From NCBI GenBank assembly GCA_963816155.1, contig CAWFJE010000010.1, forward strand, positions 302,486 through 366,485: DNA of 64,000 nt, read 5' to 3'. Below, piece by piece: positions 19,469 through 29,766 of this stretch. This stretch comes from an uncultured Actinomycetes bacterium. Its GTDB lineage: Bacteria > Actinomycetota > Thermoleophilia > RBG-16-64-13. A program made the position numbers and the translations under genes. The notes beneath the pieces were generated by a model, which saw only the letters and a program-made list of their open reading frames with translations, was not told the DNA's origin and did no database searches. Positions within the stretch are counted from its first letter, which is position 1; every line of letters starts with the position of its first letter.

Positions 19469-19832
19469 GCGCACGGAGCGATTGGTCCGGGCAGGATGTG
19501 CATTGTCCTTTGGTATAATCCTGCGGTCTGAATCTGGGCTCTACGGATAGTCCCAGACGCTCGAGCGTCTGCTATTCTCCGGCCCGTCCGGCGTGGGCCG
19601 GCAGGGATTTGGGTGGCGGACGGGTGGTCGACCTCTCGTTGCGCGTCGCGGTTGCGGCACAGATGTAGTTCCGGCTCTCTGAGCCGTTTCTTGTCTTGGG
19701 GGCGGAACGCGGCTTTTGCATCTCCGTGGTCGGCCCGCTCGGTACGGACGCCAACGGGAAAACATGGGGTGTCGCCGTTCCAACCGTCTCTGACGCTGAC
19801 ATGGGTGCCTTCTAGGGCAGAAGCGTGAGCAT

Positions 19833-22800
19833 ATGAACCGCTTGAACAACAGAGTAGCGGCACGGGGGCATCAAGGTCTCCCACGGGCTCAGGGATTGTA
19901 CGACCCACGTCTTGAGAGAGACGCGTGCGGTGTGGGCTTCGTCTGCAACATCGGGGGACAGGCCTCCCACGAGATCGTCGAGCAGGGCATCGAGGTCCTG
20001 ATCAATCTGCTCCATCGTGGCGCTTCCGGTGCCGACGCGAACACAGGCGACGGTGCCGGCATCATGATCCGCATACCCGACGGCTTCTTCCGCGCGTGCT
20101 GCAAGCCGCTCGGGATCGAGTTGCCTGCTGCCGGAAGCTACGGCGTGGGCATGGTGTTCCTGCCGCTCGAGACCGGCCTGCAAGAGGCCTGCCGAGCCGC
20201 GGTTGAGAACGTCTCGAACCAGGAGGGATTGCACTTCTTGGGTTGGAGAGAGGTGCCCACCGACGAGACGGCGCTCGGCGACTCCGCCCGTGCAACCCGC
20301 CCGTCGGTATGGCAGTGCTTCATCGACGGCGCGGGCCTGGACGGCGACTCCCTGGAGCGAAAGCTCTACGTCGCGCGGCGGCAGTGTGAGCGGGCCGCGG
20401 CGGAGGTGCTCGGGGATAAGGGCACGTTCTACGTGCCCAGCCTCTCGGCACGCACCATCGTGTACAAGGGTCTCATGATGGCCACGCAGGTGCCCGCCTT
20501 CTACCCAGACCTTGGCGACGCGCTCTTCGAGAGTCCGGTCGCTCTTGTGCACCAGCGCTACAGCACCAACACCTTCCCTTCGTGGGAACTGGCTCAACCC
20601 TTCCGCTATCTGGCTCACAACGGTGAGATCAACACCCTGCGCGGGAACATCAATTGGATGCGTTCGCGCGAACAGGGTCTACAGTCCGACGCCTTCGGAC
20701 CCGATATCGCCAAGCTGCCGCCCATCATCGATGAGACGGGCAGCGACTCGGCATGTCTCGACAACGCCCTCGAGTTTCTCACCGCGGCCGGACGCGAGAT
20801 AGACCATGCCATGCTCATGCTCATCCCCCAGGCATGGGGCGCGAAGTACCCCATCGGTCCGGATCTTCGGGGCTTCTTCGAGTATCACGCCGGTCTGATG
20901 GAGCCGTGGGACGGCCCGGCGGCGGTCGGATTCACCGACGGCCGCTTCGTGGGTGCCGTACTCGACCGCAACGGGCTGCGTCCGGCCCGATACACCATCA
21001 GCAAGGACGGCCTCATGGTTCTGGCCTCCGAGGCCGGCGTGATCGACATCCCCCCCGAGAACGTGCAGGAGAGAGGCGCGCTGCGGCCGGGGCAGATGAT
21101 CTTGGTGGATCTTGAAGCCGGTCGACTGCTCAAGGATGTGGAGCTCAAGATGCGTCTGGCGCGGCGCCAGCCCTACCGCCGCTGGGTGGAAGAGAACAAG
21201 ATCGACATCCATGGCTTCTATGGAGCCGTGACCGCGGTCGAGACCGACCCGGCCAGCCTGCTGCGGCGCCAGAAGCTGTTCGGCTACACGCGTGAGGACA
21301 TCAACGTCGTCATCGATCCCATGGCTACCAGCGGCCACGAGCCGGTGGGTTCGATGGGTGCGGACGAGCCCTTGGCTGTGCTGTCAGAACGTCCCCAGCT
21401 TCTCTACTGGTACTTCAAACAACTCTTCGCCCAGGTGACCAACCCTGCCATCGACCCCATCCGGGAAGAGCTGGTCATGTCGCTCACCACCTTCCTGGGC
21501 TCGCCCCAGAACATCCTCGAGGAGACGCCACAAAAAGCACGCACGCTCAAGCTGGGCCATCCCTTCCTGTCCAACGAAGATCTGGAGCGCATCCGCAGTC
21601 TCAACCTCCCCGATTTCAGTTGCACCACAGTGCCCATCGGCTTTGTGGCGGGGGGCGACGGCCAAGATCTTAAGGCGGCGCTGGACGACCTGTGTCGGCT
21701 GGCGGAGGAAGCGGTGGTCGGAGGCACCCGCATCCTCGTGCTCACCGACAAGGACCTCACCGAAGACATGATGGCCATCCCGGCTCTGCTTGCCATATCC
21801 GCGGTGAACCGGCATTTGGTGAATCGTCGCCAACGCACCAGAACGAGCATCATCCTGGAGACGGGCGAGGCGCGCGAGGTCATGCACATGGCCATCCTCC
21901 TCGGCTATGGCGCGTCGGCCATCAACCCCTATCTCGCCTACGAGACCATCAGCCATCTCGCGCAGAGCAAACGCCTGAGTAAGGAGACGGGTGCGGCGCA
22001 GGCCATGGAGCTCTATATCGAGGCCCTGTGCTCGGGCCTGCGCAAGATCATGTCCAAGATGGGCATCTCCACTCTGCGTAGCTACCGTTTCGCGCAGATC
22101 TTCGAAGCCGTGGGCCTGAGCAAAGAGCTGGTCGACGAGTACTTCGAGGGCACTCCCTCGCGTATCGAGGGGATCGGTCTGGATGACGTCGCCCGCGAGA
22201 CTCACGCTCGATATCTCGCGGCGCATGAGACCGCGACGCCGGCACCCGCGGTCCTGCCCAGCGGCGGCCACTACTCGTATCGCAAAGACGGTGAGCGACA
22301 CCTGCTCAGTCCGGAGGCGATCCACTACCTGCAGCAGGCGGCGCGTACGGGTGACGAAGAACTGTACCGCAAGTTCGCGAACCTCATCAACGATCAGGAG
22401 CGGCAGCAAAGCACATTGCGAGGCCTGTTCCGCTTCAAGAAGACCTCCCCCGTCCCCCTCGACGAGGTGGAACCCGAGACGGAGATCGTCAAGCGTTTCG
22501 TGACCGGCGCCATGTCTTTCGGCTCCATCAGCCGAGAGGCGCACGAAGCCCTCGCCATCGCCATGAATCGTCTCGGAGGCATGAGCAACAGCGGGGAAGG
22601 CGGCGAGGACCCAGAACGCTACACCCTCCTCCCCAACGGTGACGACCGCTGCAGTGCCATCAAACAGATCGCCAGCGGGCGCTTCGGCGTGACGGCTGAA
22701 TACCTGGCGCACGCCCGTGACCTGCAGATCAAGATCGCCCAAGGCGCGAAGCCCGGCGAGGGCGGCCAGTTGCCGGGCGCCAAGGTCTATCCCTGGGTGG

Positions 22801-24398
22801 CCAAGACTCGGCACTCCACCCCCTACGTCACACTGATCTCTCCGCCGCCCCATCACGATATCTACTCCATCGAGGACATCAAGCAGTTGATGTACGACCT
22901 GAAGTGCGCCAACCCCGACGCTCGCATCTCGGTGAAGCTGGTGTCGGAAGTGGGCGTGGGAACGGTGGCGGCCGGAGTGGCCAAGGGCCACGCCGACATG
23001 ATCCTCATCAGTGGATACGACGGCGGCACCGGGGCGGCACCGCTCTCCTCCGTACGGCACGCCGGCATGCCCTGGGAGTTGGGGCTGGCTGAGACCCAGC
23101 AGACGCTGGTCATCAACGGCCTACGCAGCAGGGTGAGACTGCAGACCGACGGCGGACTGAAGACAGGACGCGATGTGATCATCGCCGCCATGCTGGGCGC
23201 TGAGGAGTTCGGCTTCGCGACGGCTGTCCTGGTGGTCCTCGGTTGCGTCATGATGCGCTGCTGTCACAAGAACACCTGTCCGGTCGGCATCGCCACACAG
23301 GACCCCGACCTGCGCGACTTCTTCAAAGGCAGGCCGGAGCATGTGGTCAATTATCTGACCATGGTCGCCCGCGAGGCGCGTGGCTACATGGCTGAGCTCG
23401 GCGTCCGTCGCATGGACGACCTGGTGGGACGTTCCGACCTGCTCGAGACGAACGAGGCCATCGACTTCTGGAAGGCCCGCAACCTGGACTTCTCTCGGAT
23501 CTTCCATCGCGTCGACGCTCCCGCGGAGCAGATGCGCCATACCGAGGACCAAGACCACGAGTTGGAGACCTCTCTCGACAACGACATCCTCCCCCTCGTG
23601 GAGGAAGCCATAGCGAATGCCACGCCCACGACCGTCGAACTCCCCATCCGCAATGTGCACCGCGCGACGGGCACCATCGTCTCGGGACGCATCGCACGCA
23701 TGTACGGAGGCGAGGGTCTGCCTCCGGACACCCTCAGCCTCAATTTCAGAGGGTCTGCGGGACAGAGTTTCGCCGCCTTCTGCTCCAGGGGCATGACCCT
23801 CACGTTGGAGGGCGAGGCCAACGACTATCTGGGCAAGGGTCTCTCGGGAGCCAAGGTGGTCGTCAAACCGGCCCCGGGCTCAGACTTCGACCCCGCGCAG
23901 AACATCATCGTCGGCAACGTGGCCCTATACGGAGCCACCGAGGGCGAAGTCTACATCTGCGGACTGGCCGGAGAACGCTTCGCCATCCGCAATAGCGGAG
24001 CACACGCGGTGGTCGAGGGAGTGGGCGACCACGGCTGTGAATACATGACCGGAGGACGCGTGGCCATCCTCGGACCCACGGGCGTCAACTTCGCCGCCGG
24101 CATGAGCGGCGGCATCGCTTACGTCTTCGACGAGACGGGGCTCTTCGACGACCGCTGCAATCTGGGCATGGTGGACCTGGAGCTATTGACCGACCCCACC
24201 GACCAGAATGAACTCCACCAGATGATCGAGGATCATCTGCGCCATACCGGCAGCGGGCGCGCGCAGAGCATCCTCGATGATTGGGACCAATGTCTGGGAC
24301 ATTTCGTGAAGGTCTTCCCCACGGAATACAAGCGGGCCCTTGGTAGGCTCAGCCGGGAAGACGAGGCTGTGGAGAGACAAGAAGCGGTGACGGACTGA
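19833..24398 (+). CDS. gltB: glutamate synthase large subunit
   Basis: 1521 aa with an N-terminal amidotransferase (...RDACGVGFV...) followed by FMN/Fe-S and GXGXG C-terminal domains. Confidence 0.95.
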   Translation: MNRLNNRVAARGHQGLPRAQGLYDPRLERDACGVGFVCNIGGQASHEIVEQGIEVLINLLHRGASGADANTGDGAGIMIRIPDGFFRACCKPLGIELPAAGSYGVGMVFLPLETGLQEACRAAVENVSNQEGLHFLGWREVPTDETALGDSARATRPSVWQCFIDGAGLDGDSLERKLYVARRQCERAAAEVLGDKGTFYVPSLSARTIVYKGLMMATQVPAFYPDLGDALFESPVALVHQRYSTNTFPSWELAQPFRYLAHNGEINTLRGNINWMRSREQGLQSDAFGPDIAKLPPIIDETGSDSACLDNALEFLTAAGREIDHAMLMLIPQAWGAKYPIGPDLRGFFEYHAGLMEPWDGPAAVGFTDGRFVGAVLDRNGLRPARYTISKDGLMVLASEAGVIDIPPENVQERGALRPGQMILVDLEAGRLLKDVELKMRLARRQPYRRWVEENKIDIHGFYGAVTAVETDPASLLRRQKLFGYTREDINVVIDPMATSGHEPVGSMGADEPLAVLSERPQLLYWYFKQLFAQVTNPAIDPIREELVMSLTTFLGSPQNILEETPQKARTLKLGHPFLSNEDLERIRSLNLPDFSCTTVPIGFVAGGDGQDLKAALDDLCRLAEEAVVGGTRILVLTDKDLTEDMMAIPALLAISAVNRHLVNRRQRTRTSIILETGEAREVMHMAILLGYGASAINPYLAYETISHLAQSKRLSKETGAAQAMELYIEALCSGLRKIMSKMGISTLRSYRFAQIFEAVGLSKELVDEYFEGTPSRIEGIGLDDVARETHARYLAAHETATPAPAVLPSGGHYSYRKDGERHLLSPEAIHYLQQAARTGDEELYRKFANLINDQERQQSTLRGLFRFKKTSPVPLDEVEPETEIVKRFVTGAMSFGSISREAHEALAIAMNRLGGMSNSGEGGEDPERYTLLPNGDDRCSAIKQIASGRFGVTAEYLAHARDLQIKIAQGAKPGEGGQLPGAKVYPWVAKTRHSTPYVTLISPPPHHDIYSIEDIKQLMYDLKCANPDARISVKLVSEVGVGTVAAGVAKGHADMILISGYDGGTGAAPLSSVRHAGMPWELGLAETQQTLVINGLRSRVRLQTDGGLKTGRDVIIAAMLGAEEFGFATAVLVVLGCVMMRCCHKNTCPVGIATQDPDLRDFFKGRPEHVVNYLTMVAREARGYMAELGVRRMDDLVGRSDLLETNEAIDFWKARNLDFSRIFHRVDAPAEQMRHTEDQDHELETSLDNDILPLVEEAIANATPTTVELPIRNVHRATGTIVSGRIARMYGGEGLPPDTLSLNFRGSAGQSFAAFCSRGMTLTLEGEANDYLGKGLSGAKVVVKPAPGSDFDPAQNIIVGNVALYGATEGEVYICGLAGERFAIRNSGAHAVVEGVGDHGCEYMTGGRVAILGPTGVNFAAGMSGGIAYVFDETGLFDDRCNLGMVDLELLTDPTDQNELHQMIEDHLRHTGSGRAQSILDDWDQCLGHFVKVFPTEYKRALGRLSREDEAVERQEAVTD

Positions 24399-24401
24399 CA
24401 C

Positions 24402-25844
24402 ATGTCTAGAGAACGTGACTTCCTCGATGTCGAACGACAGGACGTGGCCTACAGGCCCGCGGCCGAGCGGGTGAGCGACTTCAAAGCCGTTGACATCCCG
24501 TTGTCGGAGGCTGAGATCAAGGTCCAGGCTTCCCGATGCATGAACTGCGGCACTCCCTTCTGTCACGCCTCGATCACCGGTTGCCCCTTGGGCAATGTCG
24601 TCCCCGAGTTCAACGCCTGCGTCTACGCCGAGCGATGGAACGAAGCGCTCGATTTACTCCTGCAGACCAATTGCTTCCCAGAATTCACGGGAAGGATCTG
24701 CCCTGCCCCGTGCGAGGGTGCATGTGTGCTGGGAGTCATACGTCCGGCTGTGAACATATGCAAGATCGAACTCGCCATCATCGAGCATGCCTTCCAGAGC
24801 GGTTATATCGCTACGGCGCGCCCGCGCCCGAGCCTGACCGAGCGCGTCGCCGTCATTGGCTCCGGACCGGCTGGGTTGGCCACCGCGCATGTACTCAGTC
24901 AGGCGGGGGTCAACGTCACCGTCTACGAAAAGGCCGCTCAACCGGGGGGGCTTCTGCGCTACGGTATCCCCGACTTCAAGCTCGAGAAGTGGGTCATCGA
25001 CCGGCGTCTGGACCTGATGAAGGAACAGGGAGTGGTGTTCGAGTGCGGGGTGGATGCGGGAGACGATGTTTCCTGCCGCTTCTTGGGCGACCGCTTCGAC
25101 GCCATCGTCCTTGCTACCGGGGCGGGCATCCCGCGCGATCTCAACGTCCCAGGTAGGGAGTTGCAGGGGATCCATTTCGCCATGGACTTCCTGACCCAGC
25201 AGAACCGTCTCGTGGCGGGCGAGTCCGGAGACGATGAGAGGGGCATCTCGGCCCAGGGCAAGAACGTCGTGGTGATCGGCGGTGGCGACACGGGTTCCGA
25301 CTGCATCGGCACCTCCTGGCGCCAGGGTGCCAAGCAGGTGGTCCAGCTGGAGATCCTGTCCGAGCCGCCGGCCGTGCGCGCCGAGTCCACCCCTTGGCCG
25401 CAGTGGCCACTCATGCGCCGCGACTCGAGCAGCCACAAGGAAGGCGATACCCGCCGCTACTGGAGCATCGACACGACCGCCTTCGCAGGCAAGGACGGTC
25501 GGGTGGAGCACGTCCGATGCGCGCAGGTGGAGTGGGTGGAGGGCGACACCCGTGGGCAGGTGTGTCCACGTCGCGTCCAGGGCTCGGATCTCGACTTCGA
25601 GGCCGACCTGGTACTGCTGGCGATGGGCTTCGTCGGCCCCGGTCCCACGTGCCTCATAGATGACCTGGGCGTCGAGAAGGACGGCCGCGGCTTCCTCACC
25701 CGGGACAGTCGGCATATGACCACCGCCCAGGACGTCTTCGTCACGGGCGATATGCAGAGCGGTCCGTCGCTCGTGGTGCGCGCCATAGCCGACGGCATGC
25801 TGACCGCCCGCAGGGTGATGGACCATCTGAACATCGGCTGCTAG
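24402..25844 (+). CDS. gltD: glutamate synthase small subunit (NADPH-dependent)
   Basis: 480 aa with a Cys-rich N-terminus (CMNCGTPFCH...CPAPCEGAC) and an FAD/NAD(P)-binding segment VAVIGSGPAGLA. Confidence 0.95.
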   Translation: MSRERDFLDVERQDVAYRPAAERVSDFKAVDIPLSEAEIKVQASRCMNCGTPFCHASITGCPLGNVVPEFNACVYAERWNEALDLLLQTNCFPEFTGRICPAPCEGACVLGVIRPAVNICKIELAIIEHAFQSGYIATARPRPSLTERVAVIGSGPAGLATAHVLSQAGVNVTVYEKAAQPGGLLRYGIPDFKLEKWVIDRRLDLMKEQGVVFECGVDAGDDVSCRFLGDRFDAIVLATGAGIPRDLNVPGRELQGIHFAMDFLTQQNRLVAGESGDDERGISAQGKNVVVIGGGDTGSDCIGTSWRQGAKQVVQLEILSEPPAVRAESTPWPQWPLMRRDSSSHKEGDTRRYWSIDTTAFAGKDGRVEHVRCAQVEWVEGDTRGQVCPRRVQGSDLDFEADLVLLAMGFVGPGPTCLIDDLGVEKDGRGFLTRDSRHMTTAQDVFVTGDMQSGPSLVVRAIADGMLTARRVMDHLNIGC

Positions 25845-26009
25845 GACCGATTACGGAGCCCCGCCAATCCTTGGCCATCCGTATAGTGGAGTACACATAA
25901 TCTAGGCCAACCGGCTACGTGTGGACAAGATGTCCGCTGCTATGATGCTGGCGACCATACGTCAGCAATCACTCTTGGGACTTACGCAACAGGGAAAGGA
26001 GCCACTGCA

Positions 26010-27341
26010 ATGGCGGAAAAGCTGACCAAGGAGGACGTCCTTCGCATTGTCGAGGACCGGCAGATCAAGTTCGTGCGCTTTTGGTTCACGGACGTCCTCG
26101 GCTCTCTCAAGAGCTTCGCCGTGACCCCGGCCGAGCTAGAGGGTGCTTTTGACGAAGGGATGGGCTTCGACGGGTCCTCTATCCAGGGCTTCTCCCGCAT
26201 CGAGGAATCCGATATGGTCGCGTACCCGGACCCCAGCACCTTCGCTCTGCTGCCCTGGCGTGCAGGAGCGGGCGGAACGGCCCGTATGTTCTGCGAGATC
26301 CGCACCCCGAACGGTGAACCCTACGACGGCGATCCCCGCAACGTCCTCAAGAAGGTAGTGGCGAAAGCCGAGTCCATGGGCTACACCATGAACGTCGGCC
26401 CCGAACTCGAGTTCTTCTACTTCCGCGATAGCTGTGGCACCGAGGTCTTGGATCAGGGTGGTTATTTCGACCTCACCACGCTGGATGCGGGTAGCGACCT
26501 TCGCCGCGACACCATCAACGCGCTGCATGCTCTGGGCATCCAGGTGGAGTATTCTCACCACGAGGTAGCTCCCTCCCAGCACGAGATCGACCTTCGCTAC
26601 AAAGACGTGGCCACCATGGCCGACCAAGTCATGACCTATCGCCTCACGGTGAAAGAGATCGCGGCCGCCCACGGCGTCTACGCGACCTTCATGCCCAAGC
26701 CCATCCACGGTGTGAATGGCTCGGGCATGCACGTGCACCAGTCGCTCTTCGAGGGCAACAAGAACGCCTTCTTCGATGCCAACGACGAGCACAACCTCTC
26801 CAAGGTTGGCAAGGCGTACATCGCCGGACTGCTCAAGTACGTGAAGGATATCTGCCTGATCACCAACCAGTGGGTCAACTCCTACAAGCGGCTCGTCCCC
26901 GGCTACGAAGCGCCCGTCTACATCTGCTGGTCGCGGTCTAACCGCTCCGCCATGGTACGCGTGCCCCTCTACAAGCCCGGCAAGGAGAACGCCACCCGGG
27001 TCGAACTCCGCAATCCCGACCCGTCCTGCAACCCTTACCTCGCTTTCGCCGCCATGCTGGCTGCGGGCCTGAAAGGCATCGAGGAGGGACTCGAACTCCC
27101 AGCGGAGTCGAGCGACAACATCTTCGAGATGACCGAGGCCGAGCGGCTGAAGGCCGGCATTGGCTCCCTGCCCGAGGACCTTTTCCAGGCCATCAAGGAG
27201 TTCGAGAGGTCCGATTTCGTCCGCGAAGCGCTGGGCGACCATGTCTGTGACTACCTCATCCGCAACAAGTGGGCGGAGTGGAACGAGTACAAGGCTCTGG
27301 TCACCGAGTACGAGGTGAAACGCTACCTGCCCGTGCTCTAG
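26010..27341 (+). CDS. glnA: glutamine synthetase, type I (443 aa, short GSI-alpha-like form)
   Basis: ...FDGSSIQGF...MVAYPDPSTF... and ...GMHVHQSLF... are GS catalytic motifs. An AGGGAAAGGAG ribosome-binding site precedes the ATG. Confidence 0.95.
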   Translation: MAEKLTKEDVLRIVEDRQIKFVRFWFTDVLGSLKSFAVTPAELEGAFDEGMGFDGSSIQGFSRIEESDMVAYPDPSTFALLPWRAGAGGTARMFCEIRTPNGEPYDGDPRNVLKKVVAKAESMGYTMNVGPELEFFYFRDSCGTEVLDQGGYFDLTTLDAGSDLRRDTINALHALGIQVEYSHHEVAPSQHEIDLRYKDVATMADQVMTYRLTVKEIAAAHGVYATFMPKPIHGVNGSGMHVHQSLFEGNKNAFFDANDEHNLSKVGKAYIAGLLKYVKDICLITNQWVNSYKRLVPGYEAPVYICWSRSNRSAMVRVPLYKPGKENATRVELRNPDPSCNPYLAFAAMLAAGLKGIEEGLELPAESSDNIFEMTEAERLKAGIGSLPEDLFQAIKEFERSDFVREALGDHVCDYLIRNKWAEWNEYKALVTEYEVKRYLPVL

Positions 27342-27403
27342 ACGGCCACCCTGCTGTGCCCCCGGTGGCCGCTGACGCCGCCGGGGGTCCCCTCTACGGG
27401 GTC

Positions 27404-27440
27404 TGGGCGCCCGGCATCAGCCGGGCGCCCCTTTGTTTCC
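27404..27440 (+). terminator. intrinsic terminator downstream of glnA
   Basis: GGGCGCCCGGC-ATCA-GCCGGGCGCCC (11-bp stem) followed by CTTTGTTTCCC. Confidence 0.65.
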
Positions 27441-27560
27441 CGGTCCTCGTCTCCCTCCCCCGCGAGCCCCACTTCACGCACACGCCGTGAGTAGTGCGAC
27501 CCGCGGCGCGCGCGACGCTATACTGACTTTCGAGTGACCCCTCAAGCCCGAGGAGGAGCG

Positions 27561-27890
27561 ATGGACCACCGTTTGACCACCACCTGCCTCACCCTGCCCG
27601 GCTACAGGGTGATCCAGACTCTCGGCGTAGTGCGCGGCGTGACCGTGCGGGCGCGCTGGATCGGGAGTCAGGTCACCGCCTCCCTGCGCACCTTGGGCGG
27701 GGGACGCATCCCGGAGTACATCGAGCTCTGCGAGCAGACACGGGCCGAGGCCTTCGCCTGGATGGTGCAGCACGCCGAGCAGATGGGGGCTAACGCCGTG
27801 TTGGCCGTGAGGTACGACGCCACCGATTTGGGGAACAACATGACCGAGGTACTCGCCTACGGGACGGCCGCCATCGTCGAGCCGGACTGA
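27561..27890 (+). CDS. YbjQ/UPF0145-family protein
   Basis: MDHRLTTTCLTLPGYRVIQTLGVVRGVTVRAR...GANAVLAVRYD... is typical of the heavy-metal-binding YbjQ family. Confidence 0.7.
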   Translation: MDHRLTTTCLTLPGYRVIQTLGVVRGVTVRARWIGSQVTASLRTLGGGRIPEYIELCEQTRAEAFAWMVQHAEQMGANAVLAVRYDATDLGNNMTEVLAYGTAAIVEPD

Positions 27891-27901
27891 TCACCACCCA
27901 G

Positions 27902-27940
27902 TACCGACAAGACACGAACCCACTACCGACAAGACACGAG
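27902..27940. repeat. direct repeat: two copies of TACCGACAAGACACGA separated by 23 bp, immediately upstream of the amidohydrolase-2 gene
   Basis: Exact 16-mers at 27902-27917 and 27925-27940. Confidence 0.6.
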
Positions 27941-27956
27941 AGTCAAGGAAAGGCCC

Positions 27957-28979
27957 ATGAAGAAGATCGACTTCGAGACCCATTTCATCACCCAGGAGTG
28001 GTACGACACCCTCTCCTCCAACCCCGGCTACCCCCGGTTCGAACGCTCAGATGAAGGGTTTCTCCGCCTGTGTTATCAGCCTGATGCGCGGGAACCCTTC
28101 AGTGAAGCCCTCATCGAGAGGCTCCTCGATGTGGACTCTGGGCGCCTGGCGGCCATGGACGCGGCCGGCATCGACGTGGCCGTGATGTCGCTCACCGCGC
28201 CTGGCGTGGAGCAACTCGAGCCCGGTCTGGGCACGCGACTGGCCCGCAACGCCAATGACGCTCTGGCGGCGGCGATCGACAAGCACCCGGACCGCTTCCA
28301 GGGCTACGCGGCTCTGGCCGTCAAGGACATCGCTGCAGCCGTCGAGGAACTCGAGCGCGCAGTGAAAGAACTGGGCATGATCGGGTGGAAGACGCACAGC
28401 AACTACGGCGACTCCTACCTAGACGAGAAGCGGTACTGGCCAATCTTGCAGAAGTGTGCCGAGTTGGGTGCCCCCATCTACCTGCATCCTACGACACCCA
28501 AGATCCCCGAGTTCTGGACCTACGGCGTGGCCTTGGCGGGTCCTCCCTTCGGCTTCGGGCTGGAGACGGCCCTTGCCGCCATGCGCCTGGTGCTCAGCGG
28601 AGCCTTTGACGCCTTCCCGGGCCTGAAAGTGGTCCTGGGCCATCTCGGAGAGGGGCTGCCCTTCCTGATGCAGCGCATGGACTGGGCCTTTGACCGACCG
28701 CACGCCAAGGCCGACAAGGGCGCGGTGGTGGCGATCGAGCGCAAGCCCAGCCGGTACTTCCTCGATGACTTCATGGTCACCACCAGCGGCAACTATCTGC
28801 CCGCGGCGTTCAGGTGCACTCGGGAGGCGCTGGGTATGGACCGGATAATGTTCGGCACCGACTACCCCTATGAGGACCTGGACGAAGCCTTCGCCTTCCT
28901 CGATGGACTGAAACTGTCGCCCGAGGAGCAGGAGGCCTTGTTCGAGGGCAACGCCCGTCGCTTCGGGTCGACCTTCTGA
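27957..28979 (+). CDS. amidohydrolase-2 (PF04909-like) metal-dependent hydrolase/decarboxylase family protein
   Basis: 340 aa beginning MKKIDFETHFITQEWYD.... Length and His/Asp pattern resemble the ACMSD/LigW-type TIM-barrel family. Substrate unknown. Confidence 0.6.
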   Translation: MKKIDFETHFITQEWYDTLSSNPGYPRFERSDEGFLRLCYQPDAREPFSEALIERLLDVDSGRLAAMDAAGIDVAVMSLTAPGVEQLEPGLGTRLARNANDALAAAIDKHPDRFQGYAALAVKDIAAAVEELERAVKELGMIGWKTHSNYGDSYLDEKRYWPILQKCAELGAPIYLHPTTPKIPEFWTYGVALAGPPFGFGLETALAAMRLVLSGAFDAFPGLKVVLGHLGEGLPFLMQRMDWAFDRPHAKADKGAVVAIERKPSRYFLDDFMVTTSGNYLPAAFRCTREALGMDRIMFGTDYPYEDLDEAFAFLDGLKLSPEEQEALFEGNARRFGSTF

Positions 28980-29013
28980 CCAGAGTCGCGCCCGGACCTG
29001 AGAGCATGAACGG

Positions 29014-29045
29014 CCCCGGGCCCGGCGACATCGCCGGGCCCGGGG
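29014..29045. terminator. bidirectional GC hairpin (CCCCGGGCCCGGCG-ACAT-CGCCGGGCCCGGGG) between convergent genes
   Basis: Perfect 14-bp inverted repeat. No U-tract. Confidence 0.45.
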
Positions 29046-29079
29046 CTTCGAGAAGGGATGTGATTCTGCAGGGGGCAGC

Positions 29080-29421
29080 TCAAGCCAGAGCCGCCACCCC
29101 CGTCTCGCCTGTGCGAATACGCAGGCACTCCTCCATCTCCAAGACGAATATCTTGCCGTCGCCGATGGTGCCCGTGTGTGCACCCCGCGTGATGGCGTCG
29201 ACCGTCTGCCACACCTTGGTGTTGCTCACCGCGATCTCGATCTTGATCTTGTGAAGTAGCCCTCCCCGTTCCACGTGGCTGCGATAGACCTCGGCCACAC
29301 CCTTCTGGCGGCCGCGGCCCATGACGTCGGAGACGGTCATCAGATTGATCTCTTCCTCGGTCAAGGCTTCGATCACAGAGTCCAGCCGGTCGGGTTGAAT
29401 GATTGCGATGACGTATTTCAC
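29080..29421 (-). CDS. glnB: nitrogen regulatory protein P-II family
   Basis: 113 aa: MKYVIAIIQPDRLD...GRGRQKG...VYRS...GDGKIFV...IRTGE. The T-loop Tyr is retained. GTG start with a GGAG ribosome-binding site. Confidence 0.85.
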   Translation of the reverse strand: MKYVIAIIQPDRLDSVIEALTEEEINLMTVSDVMGRGRQKGVAEVYRSHVERGGLLHKIKIEIAVSNTKVWQTVDAITRGAHTGTIGDGKIFVLEMEECLRIRTGETGVAALA

Positions 29422-29766
29422 TCGTGGCTCCTATCTGTTCCCTGCGTGGTGACCCGCGCGCTATCCGCTTCGAAGAGACCTGAGAGTCCACACACAGGCG
29501 CTCTGCCCTGATGCCGATGATAGCAACGTCGGCGAGAGCGACACGCGTGCCGAGCGTGAGTTGATTCTAGAAGAGAGAGGTCGGCCTTGCATCGTCCGGA
29601 AGACAAGACGTGCGGGCCAGCTTCTTCGCCATTTGTCCCAAGCCGGTCTGCGAAGCGTGACCCAGAGAGCACTCGCGACCCCCGTGAATGATGACCCGCA
29701 CGTACCAACTGAACGAGGGAGCTTATGCTAATGGCCAATCAACTGGGGCGGTGATATTCTGACAGC

